A DNA stretch of 63,870 nt from Octopus bimaculoides (Eukaryota), in contig NC_068981.1 of NCBI RefSeq assembly GCF_001194135.2, forward strand, positions 53,770,025 to 53,833,894, read 5' to 3'. This document shows positions 63,150 to 63,870 of this stretch, piece after piece (positions within the stretch are counted from its first letter, which is position 1; each line of letters begins with the position of its first letter). A program made the translations under genes and the position numbers. The notes under the pieces are model-generated. The model was not told where the DNA came from. It saw nothing but the letters and a program-made list of their open reading frames with translations, and did not search any database.

Positions 63150-63370
63150 TTTGTCTTTTACTTATTTCAGTCGCTGGACTTCAGCTATGCTTGGGCACTG
63201 CTTTGCAGGATTTATTTTTAAAAAACCAAACACAGTACTTGTTTTTGTGTTATTTTTCTATCAATCTCTTGTTTAAAACTGCTAAGTTATGGGGACATAT
63301 ACAAACCAACACTGGTTCTCAAGTGGTGGTAGAGGGGTCAGATACATGCACACAGACATACATACATATA
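63150..63370 (-). mobile_element. SINE family B 3' half, decayed
   Basis: TCTTTTACTTATTTCAGTC...AACTGCTAAGTTATGGGGACAT. Confidence 0.6.
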
Positions 63371-63525
63371 TAAATATAAATCAATATGTAATTGTAAGAT
63401 CCAATGATCTAAGTGTAGGAAGTTTGTAAACTTCAAGCAGTCCATGGTAGGTATAAAAAACAACAATCAGGAAGAATAGTAATTAATTGTGAAGGGTTGT
63501 AGGCTTTTCCCATATCAAAGTTTGA

Positions 63526-63699
63526 TCATCATCCTCCTCATCATCATCGTTTAACGTCCGCTTTCCATGCTAGCATGGGTTGGACGATTTGACTGAGGAC
63601 TGGTGAAACCAGATGGCTACACCAGGCTCCAATCTGATTTGGCAGAGTTTCTACAGCTGGATGCCCTTCCTAACGCCAAACACTCTGAGAGTGTAGTGG
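63526..63699 (-). mobile_element. RTE LINE 3' end, young
   Basis: Reverse complement of 180-340 with about 9 differences by eye. Confidence 0.85.
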
Positions 63700-63870
63700 T
63701 TTGATAAGCTGAAAAAATATTTTTTAGAGCTTAAGGTTAGCAACTTGAGTTGCTGTGGATGCGAATAAAAATCCAAATTGTGGGAGTGGAGCAGGTAAAA
63801 TTTAGACTACATATGTTTTCTAGTTTTCTAGCTGGTAGGTCTTCTGCTATAATAATTACTCAAAGTGTAT

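Noticed and set aside
1-63870. CRISPR arrays, rRNA genes or prokaryotic-type operons
   Set aside because: None seen; the window is spliced eukaryotic DNA and its repeats are dispersed TEs or microsatellites.

Overview
AT-rich, intron-rich animal genomic DNA from a gapped short-read scaffold. The repeat families look like Octopus/cephalopod ones, which is an inference. The only host gene I can support is the 3' part of Notchless homolog 1 (NLE1, a WD40 ribosome-assembly factor) on the + strand. Three exons are clear (2434-2636, 5557-5716, 10819-10889), with canonical splice sites and matching phases. The tiny final exon that should encode the last W-x-x residues cannot be found with confidence. 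Everything else is microsatellite, unique-looking AT-rich DNA and decayed mobile elements: three tRNA-derived SINE head types with interchangeable bodies, many RTE LINE fragments and 3' ends, CR1-group LINE fossils, a Penelope-like element with a GIY-YIG domain, two TTAA-flanked piggyBac-type MITEs and several long fold-back hairpins. The most interesting observations are an inverted pair of degenerate hammerhead-ribozyme-like motifs (59845-60130), modular SINE head/body shuffling, a 46-bp near-identical copy of already-decayed RTE sequence 5.4 kb from its source, convergent RTE RT copies and hairpins that could form dsRNA, and the unresolved NLE1 C-terminus. There is no CRISPR array, rRNA or true tRNA gene. 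I found no convincing novel protein system. TE boundaries were set by eye and are approximate; family names were not checked against databases.
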